The translations under genes were made by a program, and so were the position numbers. The notes beneath the pieces were generated by a model. The model saw nothing but the letters and a program-made list of their open reading frames with translations. It had not been told where the DNA came from and made no database searches. A DNA stretch of 64,000 nucleotides from Podarcis tiliguerta (Eukaryota): assembly GCA_965153285.1 (NCBI GenBank), contig OZ229111.1; one strand, given 5' to 3'. Shown here one piece after another: positions 39,886 to 53,100 of the stretch. How positions within the stretch are numbered: the first letter of the stretch is position 1; each line of letters starts with the position of its first letter.

Positions 39886-40644
39886 TGGTGTTTTTAGGCC
39901 TACTTTTAGTGATCAAAGTACTCGAGTGGTATAAATTTGGTCTTGAGTGTTAATACCCTATCCTTGCTGCCTTGGTTGGTCTCTTCATGTCCCCTTTTTC
40001 TCTTACACTTTTGGGTTTGTTTTGAACCAGTTTGAGTGATCTCGCCATTTATATTTTGAAATGCAGCTTCCATTTCTATAACCAAAGCGGACAATCAGGC
40101 TGTTATTTTTTTGGGAGTGGAGTTAATTCTTCACCTAGGCTGCTAGTCGACAGCCCCTGGCAGCAAATAACAAAAATTAAAGGAGTAAAGGGGGTGTACC
40201 GAAAAGTGTATATACAGTGTTCTTCAGATTCTGATTTCTTTAAACAATGTAAGCACAAAACTAGTAACGTTACACACTGAAAAACTGAACTGTCACAGTA
40301 AGTTATGCTTGACTCATTACATTGAATCTGTCTCATTTTTAAATGTAGAAACTTTGGTTAATACAAATAGTATGCAAATCCATGGCTTCAGCTTGATTTT
40401 ATTCCAAATTCTGAAAATGTCCGTATAAACATGAAAACGCTTGTAAAAATTCAGTCTTCTGTTGTAGGAGGTAGCCAAAATACTATTTCCAGTGTAGAGT
40501 TTTAATCCTTTCATAGTGCCGCCTTAATCCAAGAGCAAGCCTGGCAGCGTATCACTGACTGAAACTAGGCCCTTTTGCATGCCAGTTCAGCTCCAAAAGT
40601 AGGTCATTGGCAGAAACCCAGAAGCAGAGCATCATGCATCTCAA

Positions 40645-40679
40645 TCAGACAAACCATTCTGTGTGTTTAAATCCAGCAG
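40645..40679 (-). CDS. RUN-PDZ-PTB gene terminal coding exon (AAGFKHTEWFV*)
   Basis: tttag| acceptor, TGA at 40647-40645; minus-strand AATAAA at 40403-40398. Confidence 0.87.
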
Positions 40680-43600
40680 CTAAAGAAACAAATGGTCATT
40701 AATCTTAAAATAATATTCCTGAAGTTGGCAGTGCTTGCTGCTCTAGCCATGGTTTTGAAAGAACAGAATTTGTCTCCTAACCACTAGCATGCTAGATATT
40801 AGGTGATTGGGATACTGACCTGGAAATCCTCATAGATCAAACAGAAGACTTCCTACTGTATTTCATACTAAACCCAAGTCCTTGAACATAATTAGAAATG
40901 CAGATAAACAATTACTGCGAAGCCTAATCTTATTAGCTTTCTAAGTCTTGGAATTACTAGCTTGCAAGTACACTAAGTATGCTTCATTAACAGGCTATAG
41001 AGGCCTTGCTACTTTTTAGTTGTACACCAAAGAACAAATATCCTTACCAATTCTTCTTATTATTTCCTCACTTTCATCTTCAGTGTTTGATTCAAATACA
41101 AGACAGTCGAAGGTGCTTTGTTCCGAAGACTCAGGTGAAACCCTATACAGTATAATGTATTGAAAATTATTCTTGCCTTCATTGCCAAATCAATCAAAAC
41201 AGGTTACACTAAAATACACATCCGCCTATGCGGATTTTGCAGGTGTATTATTAAACAAGATTGACACAATAGTGGATTAATTCCACTTCACTAGTGATGC
41301 TTCCTGGATGTTACATTATTGTGCAACGAACTTTAAAAGCCCTGAAATATTTGTGATGAGAAGTCACAGGATTTCAGAAGGAAGCTATGGCCTGTGCACA
41401 GCATTGAAGGCAGAATCATACATAGCCAGCTTGATACCCAACATCAGTACAAATGAATGCACAATAAAAGAACATCTGGAAGAGCCTTAAAACACAGCAG
41501 GGTAAAATAACAAAGTGACAGAACACAAAAAGATTGGGCAAATAAATGCAGCTGACTCCGAAAGCATGTAAGAATCTGGGCTTATCAGATTGGCAAAGGG
41601 AGGGAATCCCATAATGAGGTACTGATGACAACACACTGGGCAATATATTTGATATGCATGTGGCAGAATGAATCTTTGTTCATTCTGCCCCATCTTAAAT
41701 TTAACACTAATCCTTTAAGCACACTGGCAAGCTGAGGTACTGCCAACACATCGCTTCTGACCTTTACAGGACCTGGGGCCTAGCTCTTCATCCAAACTTG
41801 GGGGCATATTTCATTGTGAAAGTGCTGCTGTTGTGATGCACTGGAGTCAGGCTACAGACTCCAGCAGCAAATCTGGGGTCCCCCCCCATTATTTTGCTTC
41901 AGTTTTACAAAAGCATCAAAATTATGCTAATACATTGATGCATAAGCAAAGCCTGATCTACCAGTGGAAGATCAATGCTCTATATATACTTAACCCTTTT
42001 CAGAGATGGCACAAACCTTTACCCCAAACAATGCATGGGGGGGGGCATATTTGTAGTACTACTGTTGGGACGCGCCTAAGATCAGGTAGTGACTGGGTAG
42101 CAGGTCTCAACCCACCAGCTGAAAGGCCAGTGATGGCTAAACTAGGCCAGGGTGAATTTCCCCCCAGACAACCCAAGGTGCCTTGGGGTATTCCAAAGAG
42201 TATGTGCTCAAAAGCATGATTTACATAGGCTCGGAGTGTATAGTAAGGGATTTCAGCAGAATTGTTGGCAGGGAAAACTGAAAAGATCAACTCAAACTTC
42301 AGTCTGCTCTAAATGTATTGCTGCCACATGCAACTACACAGCCTGGGATAATAGAATCCTGGTGTAGTGTATCTCTAGGTATGTGGGTGGTTGTTATTTT
42401 TAACTCACACACTGCAGAAGGCGAAGAGATTGTTGCTGTCCAGACGCCGTCCCACACAGGAAATGTCTGTATAAGAGTAACGAAACAGAACCTGGCAACA
42501 ACATTGAGTGATCTGATAAGGCAGTGGCCTAGAACTGATTATTTACAATTTTATGCTCTTTGTTTTCTAAATGTGTGTGAATGGACCATGATCCACACAA
42601 TCAAATAGAGATTTTGTTGTTGATTTAAACAAATAGCTCCTCTACGTGCAACCTATCTTCCAGTAAATCACACACGTTATGGGCAAGTTCTACCTAGCAG
42701 AAAGCAGCTAAATTCATTGGCCTGCATTCTATGAATAGTTTTGACATAAAATATTTAAATATAGTCAGGACAAGCACAAACAGTAAAGAAAAGTACTCTA
42801 ACCTTTGAAGCAGCTTTCTCTTGAACAACGACTTCTGTTTCTTTGACATCAAATAAAACCTCCTGTGAAAATATATTCAAAATGTTCGAAACAATAATGG
42901 GTAAGTAAAATGCAGTGTTAACTGTCAAAACGCCTGCAACAGAAAATTAACAGATAAGGCCTGAGCATTTTGCTGGGATTTCAAGTCTTTTCCTCATTTT
43001 TGCTTCCTTCAACTTGGTGTGATTTGGGGTAGAAATAATCACAGTGATAGCCTCAAACTGATCACTTAACAGACTGCATGATTTTCACAAAATTGTCAAT
43101 GTAAACATTTTTATGTACGTCAGATAAAAATAGTTGGTGTCAATTTACGCTCTCAGATTTGCCCTATTGTAGTTTATAGCACTGACTTCAGTAGCTGTAT
43201 ATGGATTTTTTTTAAAAAAACCACAAAGTAGTTCTACCAATCTATACGTTTGATGTATTAATGTATTCACAAAAGAGTAATTTAAGCTCAGTCTCACCTA
43301 CCCCACAAGGTTATAGTGAGGATAAAGTTTGGGGGTAGGAGAGAAAGCAGAACAATGTACACAAGCCTTGAGCTTATTAGACAAAAGAATAATTTAAACC
43401 CACTGCTTTAAATTATGTTCCTGACATGAAGCACTCACCTGGGTTGAATAAAGATGCACATGTGAGTAAGTTGCTACATTATGAGCTACCCAGAAAACAA
43501 ACCAGTAGCAGCCTTGAGTGCCTTCACTGGAACAGCAATTGACTTTCTCCAGCACTGGGGAAACACAAGTCGCATGCTATGCCAGCTCATTCTGGCAACG

Positions 43601-46600
43601 GGGTGAAACAAATGTCCTTATTTATTTACAAAGCTCATCCACCCCATCTTTAAGAGGGAAACACTTGGGCATTCTGAGCTGCATAGCTCAGAAAGGGGCC
43701 ATGCAGCTAATTAATCTCCCTTTGGTCCATTCATGTTTTGTAAGCATTTCCTGGTATGGTGCGATGGCGCATCCGATGGTGGTGGCATCTTGCAGGTACA
43801 ACGGGCCGGATTCAGCTAAGTTAGTGTGCTAGCATAAGTCCCACTAAGCCATGGGGCCTTCCCCCCTCTTCCCATGGGATATGGTTCCATAGGGCAAGCT
43901 GAAACGCCGATGGAACAACTGGAACAGCGCAGCATTGAATTCCTCTTGAGTAGCAGCTGCTCTTGCATTGCTGCAGTGGATACTACTGTGGCTTATAATA
44001 AGGTCTCAGCGCTGTGGTCGTTTCAAACCACCTCCATCACTTGTTTGCTGGTGGGATCAGGCGTTTTTCGAAAAGCTCAGTCTCAGAAACCCACAGTAGG
44101 TGAGTTGTTGGCCAGGCAGACAGACTGGATGAGTCTAGAACCAAATTGTACAGAGAGAAGAGGCTGGGGCCCTGTATGTTTTCACTAAGATGGTGACACA
44201 ACTTCAAACCTTTATGTCCATATTTAAATGGCAAGGACTCGTGCGCAAGTAGTAAATTGCAAACATCAGCTTCAAGCAGTTTTAAGAGTAACTGTAGGCT
44301 GGGGTGATTGTCTGATTAAGCCCCCCCCCCCTTTTCTTTTTTGACAGCTTCATCTTCCCACATATGCAGGAGGGAGAGAAAGAAATATATCCTGTGTGTT
44401 TAATGGACTATAACCTTGAATTTTTATTTGCCTGCATTTCTATAGTACCCCAATATAAAGCGCTGTGCTCTGTCATAGAAATACAATCAAGGTGAAAAAG
44501 CATACAGTGGTACCTCGGGTTACATACGCTTCAGGTTACTCCGCTAACCCAGAAATATTACCTTGGGTTACAAACTTTGCTTCAGGACGAAAATAGAAAT
44601 TGTGCTCCGGCGACGTGGCAGCAGCAGGAGGCCCCATTAGCTAAAGTGGTGCTTCAGTTTAAGAACAGTTTCAGGTTAAGAACGGACCTCCGGAACGAAT
44701 TAAGTACTTAACCCGAGGTACCAATGTACAGGCAAAAATGCAATGGTCTTGGGAGCATAGGAGAAACATGAGAAGCTCTATACCATTCTTCTTTTAAAAA
44801 ATGGTAGAAAGGGGGGGGAAGGATCTCTTTAGCAGGTAGTGCATTAGAACTCAGGTCTCTCACTCCTCACAAATTGCATGCCAACCTGACAGGAAAAAAG
44901 GAGGTTGTTTAAGGAGCCAGGCTGTAAAGTATGTTGAGGAATGTGTGCTGTCTCTCCAAATCCTGACCTGCTGGTAGACTTATAAAGGTCTGCAACTAGA
45001 GATACGGCCACCATTTGGGTCTCTCTGTTGATTTTGTAGCCTTCTGTCTGGAATAAAATCAGTTTATGTACGTTTAGTGACTTGCTGCAGTGTTGTTTGA
45101 AGTGGCGACTTCTAGCTGCTGCAATTAAGTGACTGGTTGAGAAAAGTTCACTCAGGTCTCATATCCAATCTGGGACAGCAGTTCTATACTCATCAAGGCC
45201 AGGACTAGGCCTGGTGGTAGCTGACAGTGTGGTAGGGTAGAGGAAGAGGGCACACATTAAACACATTTTGGTGGTGGGGTGCATTAACCCCCCCCCCCCG
45301 AATTTTAAGAATTTACATATCACACAAAGGTACCTCAGGAATTTTAAAAATCTGAGATAGTCAACTCTTTTTCCTCACGCACATGATTTAAAGGAGGGTT
45401 CTCAGAGCTATTTCTAAAGAAATGTGCAACCGAGCGCAGAAGGTATTACGGAAACTGCTAACATGCAGAACTGAATGCCCAAAGAAGTAAAACCTTGTAG
45501 TAAATTAGCCGGTGCAGGCAGGGGCTGATGGGAGTGTGTAGTCTGCAGGGCAGCAAGTTGGGGGGGGGGGACCATAATGAATTGTTTGTGGTGAATGTGC
45601 CAAGCTAGGTTGCTCTGCTCCTCCTCACTCTGGCATTCCCTGAACCAGCCTTGCTCCTCCTGAACCATTGCTTGTAGTTTGTTTCGCTCCAACAAACCAC
45701 AATCTGTAAGCCAAGGCCAAACTTTGGCAACAGGTCAAGGTTTGTGGAATGTTTGATGGAAACAAATCATGACCTCTGGGTTCAGATGCCGAACGGTAAG
45801 ACAGGGATTATAGTTTGTTTTCGTCAAGCGTTTCTTGGCAGCTTTCATATGAAATTGTAATTCCTAGACTTGTAGAAGGGGGTATATATTTAGAGTATTC
45901 TTTCTCCAAAAGATCTACCAGAATTGTTATCACTATACTGCACAAATTCAGCGAATACAATTAAAGTTTCACTATTTAATAGCTTTTCAGATTCACCAAG
46001 TCTTTTTAAGCAATTATCTGCTTGCTGCTATTTTGTTTCTTTCCCTTCCACAACGATGACTACTGCTTAGTTGTCACAAGCCATTTGATCAAAGGAGGGA
46101 GAAAAGAAATACTTCAGTTCCAAATAGATTCTTTATTTTTTCCTCACAGGCTATAGGAGTACAAAAGTTGGGCCTGTCTCTCATCTTGTGTTCTTGACTG
46201 GAGAAGCTCAATAATTTTTGCGTACATCCCAAATTGGAGGGTTTTTGGTTGCTAGGCAAAAGCGTCTTTTCCTTTGAGAGACCTGGTTAAAATTTGGTTA
46301 GTTTGCTGGACTAGGGCTAGAGAGATCTAAGTTCAAATCCCACCTCAGTCATGAACTTCAGTGGGTGAATTTGGGCCAGACACCATCTATTAGTCTAATG
46401 TATCACAAAGGGTTATTGAGAAGATAAAGTTTGGCGGGTGGAGAAGAGAACAGAACATTGTACACTGCCTTGGGCTTACTTGAGGAAAGATAGGGGAAGA
46501 ATGAATAAAAAAAGTAAGGTTTGACTCTCCCACCTATCAGTAATTTTGCCCTCATAAGCTATAATCTGATTTAGCAATTCCTCACAAAGAAAGAATGGGC

Positions 46601-49600
46601 AAAGAGTTATTGCGGTCAAACTTCAGTCTGCTTAAAATTAAAAAACGAACAAAAATTGAGAGGAAAAACCAGACGTATGCAAAGGCAGAAATATACAAGA
46701 ATGCATCTAACAACTGTAAGCCCTACTCGTGTGCCAGTCTCCACATTTGGGAAAAATGTCTCCACATTTTGCACTGTTAAAGCAGGAAACGTACCTGTCG
46801 TGGCAAATGTTTCTCTAAAACCATAGGTATGCCTTGGTCTAACACCTCTTTGCTTCCATACTGAAAATAAGAATCGGAAAGGTGTAACAAAAATAAAAGA
46901 CATAAACCAATAGCAAGGAAAGCTAAACAATCCTCCCTTCTCTGTCCAAGACCCAGTCTCACCTTTCCTACATTGACGTGGCCTAAGTACCGCAGGTTGT
47001 ACAGCAGCCTGAGGAGAAAATGGTCACAATAATTAATCCACGGTGTCTATAAGTAGCTCATTCGTTTAGAGCAGGGGGAGGGGCTGGCAGTTCAAGCGAA
47101 ACAGGCCGATACCAGAACAAAATGTACATGGTGTGCAACAATTGTGACAGGCGTGTGCACATTTATGTGGCTGCTTTTCTCCACAATAATCAAGCGGTGA
47201 TTGCACACACCAAAATGGATCTCCTCCTTCTGGGTATATAATGAGAAAAGTGCCCATTTAAACATGCACGCACTAGTCACAATTGAGATCCATATTGTTT
47301 AACCATACCAGAGTGTAAAAACGTAACGTCGGCCCTACTGGCTCTCCACGATAACTACTGGCTCTGGGCAAGAGGTCTGTGCCACAAGAACAGGCTCTAA
47401 ATATGTGCACAACAACTGAAGTGGAATTCCTAAGTTGGCTTGACCTTAGAAACTGCTTTAACTCACTCCCCACTCACCTCAACTTTCACTGAAATCTTGT
47501 TTTGAATAAACATTCACAAACTTTTTATTTATAATAATCAGCTAAATAGTTTGAGGATCTATACAACTTTGCAACATGCAGAAAACAGCATTCTTAGAGA
47601 AACCAAAGACTGGAACTGAGGGAAGTCGTGGGGGTGGGGTGGGGGGGATTTTGTGTGGGAGGGGGGAGGGAGGAAAAATGGGGGGGGCAAGGATGATATG
47701 TTTTTGGATAATATGTCTTGTTATAATTTTGAATTTAAAAAAAAAACTTTCACTGAAATCTTATGTGCCTTCCCCTTTCAGTCCTCCTCATTCAACAGGG
47801 TACGGGGAGCTATTCTCTCTTTGGTAATATGCAGGGGTTGTTTTTTTAGCCCAAACACACTGGAACTCCATTCCAGCATCTCTCAGGTGGGCGCCATTGC
47901 CGTTATAAGAGAACAAGGGAGGCATTCATGATGAGTTCCGGCACCTATTTTTCCAGAAAAATAGCACTGGTAATATGGACCTTCCAAATCTTCCTCTCAG
48001 TTTGGCGTGGGATTGTCCCTTCATGGCCCTAGGTGTCTCAAAAGCACACCCAGTTGTAAACATAACACTGTTTTGCTGCTGTTGTGTGTCTCTCTCACGA
48101 ACCACGTGGTGATCAGCCTAGAGCTGTGTGGCAGGTGGAAAACAGCCCAAGGACCGTAACGTTCCCACCTCAATTACAGGCTGCATTCAGAATGAATCCA
48201 TGCTGACTACCTTTATTGTTACCGATTGCCGAAAGCTGGAGCCTGCAACCGTTTTGCTGCCGCTCTGCTCCCCTGGCAGCCCCTACCTGCCCCCCTGCAA
48301 GCACCGGTCCTCTTTCTTTTCCTTGTGCGTGTGCTCATGCTGGAGCTGGAAGCTGGGGATTTTCTCCTGGAGGATTTTCAGGTAGGGGAGAAGCGGCTTG
48401 TACATCCCTCCATCGTGCCACTTCCAGCGGATCAGACGGAAGCTCAGAGGCTTGCCCTTGTACTTCTGTAGCACTGTCCCAGCCTGAAGAGAAACAGAAA
48501 GGTTGAGAGCATGGGCAAGAATTTCTAGCACTGCTCACCTGGCACTAATCCCAATCATAGAGGTTACAAGCTTTTTTTCTGTGCTGTTCCCACAATACAG
48601 TGGTACCTTGGTTCTCAAACACCTTGGTACTCAAACAACTTGGAACCCAAAGTGTTTGGGTTGCGAACCTTTTTCGGAAGCTGAACATGCTCCATTTTGA
48701 GTGTTACACTTCTGATTTTAGTGTTACGCTTCTGATTTGAGTGCCACACTTCCGTTTTGAGTGTTACGCTGAGGTCTGTCTGTTTTTGCTATTTATTCTG
48801 CGTTTTTGTTTTTGCAGGTCTTTTTTTGTGTGACTGTGTGGAATCCAGTTCAGCTACTGATTGATTGATTGATTGACTGACTGCAGTACATTGTTTATCA
48901 CTTTCATTTTATGGATCAATGGTCTTGTTAGATAGTAAAATTCATGTTAGATTGCTGTTTTAGGGGTTGTTTTTAAAAGCCTGGACCGGATTAATCCATT
49001 TTGCCTTACTTTCTATGGGAAAGTGCTCCTTGGTTTTGGAATGCTTTGGTTTTGGAACGAACTTCTGGAATGGGTTAAGTTTGAGGACCAAGGTACCACT
49101 GTACATAAAGGAGCACATCTTCATATTTTTCTCCCATAAGGAGGAACGGGTCCAATAGAGGGACTGGTACATTCAGTCTGGGAAAGACACAATTCAGAGG
49201 CAGTATGACAGCCACCTTGAAATATCTGGAGGAGCGTCACATAGATGAAGGAGCAAAGTTCTTTTCTGGTAATCTAGAAAGGCTCAAACCAGTGTCTTTA
49301 AATTACAAGAAAAAGGATTCAGGCACTAAGTTCCAGAAAGAACTTCCTGACAGCACAAGCAGTTTGTCACTAGAAGAGATTGCCTTGGCAAAGTGGAAGT
49401 TGTAACTCTGTGAGTGGTACATTACAGTGAATAGAATTCTTTAAGGGAAGGAATGTGTTTCAAATGTGCTTTAAATATATGGCGTCCACACAGCCTGACT
49501 AGTCCTGCATGGGATTGCACAGTCATTAATTTCCATCTGTCAGGCAAGCCAGATCTGACACTTACATGGAAAGCATGAACAAAGCTCCCGGGATAAGATA

Positions 49601-50077
49601 TTCTGCCCCAGCCCTGACAGAAATACATGTAAGCAAACAGCTTGATTTGTTCAACTTTGCTATACTCAGAGGAAGCACAGTAAAAAAATTCTCTTGATCC
49701 AAAAAAATGCTGAAATATTTAAGTGATTGTTTTGTTTGTTTGTTTTTAAAAAAACTAATTAATTGTATCGCTAGCTCTATCACAACTGTCTGAATACTGA
49801 GGTTCAAGAAAGACTGGGCAATTTGTTTATAATATTAAGCTGTGGTTTCCCCACTAGCTGCAGTAGACAAGGAGTCTATAGCTTGCCGTGGTTTCAAGCA
49901 GATTCCTATGCATCCCCAATAGTTGTCTTGATCCCCACATTTCTCATACCTATAAACATTGTAAAAGAAAACTTTAAAAGTGAGCAAACCACTGGTATCA
50001 ATTTAATTTCTGAATTAAAGTAATTATAATAATTCTATTCATTCCTGCAGTGCAAAGCTCTATACTTTTTAGAAGAA

Positions 50078-50121
<44 letters not shown>

Positions 50122-53100
50122 CATTTTGTTTCCCAGTCTTTCTGTATCCCTCCCATACCCTCAATTCTTCACCATGATCTCCAGGTCAAACACCAGAGCT
50201 TTAGCTCTGCACAGTTCCCATAGCAACACCACACAGCCATCTCTTCTGCTCCTTTCTCAGGATCTCAGGCAACACAGCAGCCTTAGTCCCCCGAGATCAG
50301 AGCGTTCCCTTTCACACCTGTCCATTGCATGCGTTCCTCAGTGAAGATCCATTTATCTCATCAATAACATCCCCAACCAGCACCACCTCATCCACTGCTG
50401 CCTGGCTTTGGGGGAGCACATTTACGATGAAAATCCGTCCATCCAAATATCTGTGATGAGAAGAGAAGAAGAAGAAGAAGAGTTTGGATTTGATATCCTG
50501 CCTTTCACTCCCTTTAAGGAGTCTAAAAGCGGCTAACATTCTTCTTTCCATTCCTCCCTCACAACAAACACTCTGTGAGGTGAGTGGGGCTGAGAGACTT
50601 CAGAGAAGTGTGACTAGCCCAAGGTCACCCACCAGCTGCATGTGGAGGAGTGGAGACGCGAACCCGGTTCCCCAGATTAATGAGACTACCGCTCTTAACC
50701 ACTACACCACACTGGCTCTAGGGAGGGAGAGGAAGGGGTGGAGAGAGACAAGCCAAGGGCTCGCATTGAAGAGTTGAGGTACCACATACTTGAGGCAAAA
50801 GAAGGAAGATCACAGGGGAGAAAGAAATGATGAATGTCTTTTAAAAGAGATTTCTTTCTTTCTTTTGCTCAGAATGATGGGAAAATAATAGATTCCACAC
50901 CAGGGATAGGGAACTGGTGGCCTTCCTCATGTTGTTAGACTTCAACTCCCATCATCCCCGAGATCAATGGCGATGTTTGCTGGGGCTGATGGGAGTTTGA
51001 GTCCAACAACATTTGGAGGGCCACAGAGTTCCCCATCAACTACTCGTTCATACATTCTTATTTTCTGCATCTATAGGCTACCTTTCAGGGTTTCTCTTTT
51101 CAATGTGGTTTCCAACAACCACCACCACAACCTTTAATGTTAACCAAACTAGCACAAGCTCCTTGAAGATGAAGGGCTGCAAATGGCATGGTTAAGATCA
51201 ACCCAAACTGTGCAAGGCAACCCTCACACAAGCAGCTTGCTTTGTGGATTTCTTGTCCACTCGGCTGTACTAGAAGAAACCACCCACATGATCGGTTGCT
51301 TATGCAAACGGTGTCTTTGGCAAACATGAAAAATGGGTGTAGCATTTTGTGGGTCAGGCTTCACCAAAGCCCCCTTCATTAGAGGCTCATATGTAGGTGG
51401 TAAAAATATGTACTCAATCATTGGCACTGCGCCTCTTCTACTTCTGCAAAATTCTACTTCTGCAAAATTATTAGGGCAAAAAGACTATTTGGCTCGGATA
51501 GCCCACGGCGTTTAAAACCAGCAGTAGGTTGCACAAAGACAAGGCACAACGGAAATCCTTCGCAAGCCAGAGCGCAGCAGCTAATTTGCACATCTGTTGT
51601 GTACCATCAAGGTAATTGCACAAGCTTGATGGATGCCAAAACTGGCAGACACATTACCGTTCTTGAGAGACATCCTTTTATGAAATGCTTAAGCCTCATG
51701 GGGATGGGAATCTCAAACGTGAATGAACAAAACTTGGAGGTGGCTCCTCAAAAATAATGAATTGCTAGAAGTTACTGTGTAAGCCTCCCAGCAATTGATT
51801 ATACATCACTGTTCTTTCTTTGTACGTTCCTCTTTATGTAGCATTTGTTACTAAATAATAAAAATGATTTTTTAAAAATCAAATAATTATTGGAACTCTT
51901 CTTAGCTGGTTTCTGTGGCGTTTGCACTTATTCCCATCTGATTTTTTCCTTCTGCAATGCTGTTGATTGGGATTCTTGGGGGTTTACAAGCTCCTCTCAG
52001 AAGTGCTCTAAAAGGCCATGTACGGCCTGGGGACTACATGTTGCACAGTAGTAGGCTGAACTCCCTTGTCAACACTAGGATTTCTACCTTGCAGAAAGCG
52101 CTAATCTTTATTGCTAGGCACAGGCTCAGGTCACGGTTTGTCAAAGCCACTGCTCTTAAGTTACAAATAACCAGGGGCGAGGGCATTCAGTCATTCTGTA
52201 CGAGCACAGAATTTGCTACTGGGTACAGAATTCATTGAAAATGACAGGATTTGTTTTTAAAATCCAAGTTTATGGTTACATTTTTAGTTTGCCTTCCCTC
52301 CAAAGAGCTTCGCAGAGAATGCATGTTTCCCTCCCTTCCTCCTCACAATAACCCTGCGAGGTAGTTTAGGTCAGGCGTAGGGAAACTCGGCTCTCCATCA
52401 TCCCTGACCACTGGTCCTGTTAGCTAGGGATGATGGGAGTTGTAGTCCCAAAACATCTGGAGGGCCAAGTTTGCCGATGCTTGGTTTAGGCTGAGATATA
52501 GTGACTGGCCCAAGTTTGCCCGGCAAACTTTGCAGCTGAATGTGCATTTGCACTTGAATCTCCAACGTTTTATAGTCCAACTATCAAACCATGGCGGTTT
52601 CCCTTTGTATCCTTTTATGGATGCAAAGATTAGCACATTTGCAAAGTCAATCAGGATCCAATATGGTTTCAAATAGGATGGGGGACAGCGTGTTAAGATT
52701 CCATTGCAGGGGGCTGGACTAGAAGACCCTCTGGGTCGCTTCCAACTCTACAATTCTATGATTAGTCTGGATGAATGTGGGCAATGGTTGGTGAGATCTC
52801 AGAAGTCAGGCAGGGAGATGGATGGAATTTCCAGGCCTGGGAGAGGCCCTGCCCCTTGCCAGCTCCATGCTTTTAGCACAAGCGGAATACACTCCACAAA
52901 ACTGTATCAGGCTGGCCTTCGTTTCAGTGACCGACTCTCATTGTTCCCTATGGGCTTTATCTTACAGATCCACACCAGGATATTTATTTAAAACAATGGA
53001 TTTTGTGCAGAGGAAGTTCAAAGCAACGTAAGGATGTGCCAGGTCTCTTACCTGAGCACCATTCCCAGCTCCCTGCAGGGGACAGTTTCGTAGGTCAGGC

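Noticed and set aside
48695-48770. Regularly spaced 20-bp repeats, superficially CRISPR-like
   Set aside because: Tandem units without unique spacers, inside a eukaryotic MITE
50640-50718. tRNA-like A/B boxes (also 62060-62145)
   Set aside because: Heads of tRNA-derived SINEs, not tRNA genes
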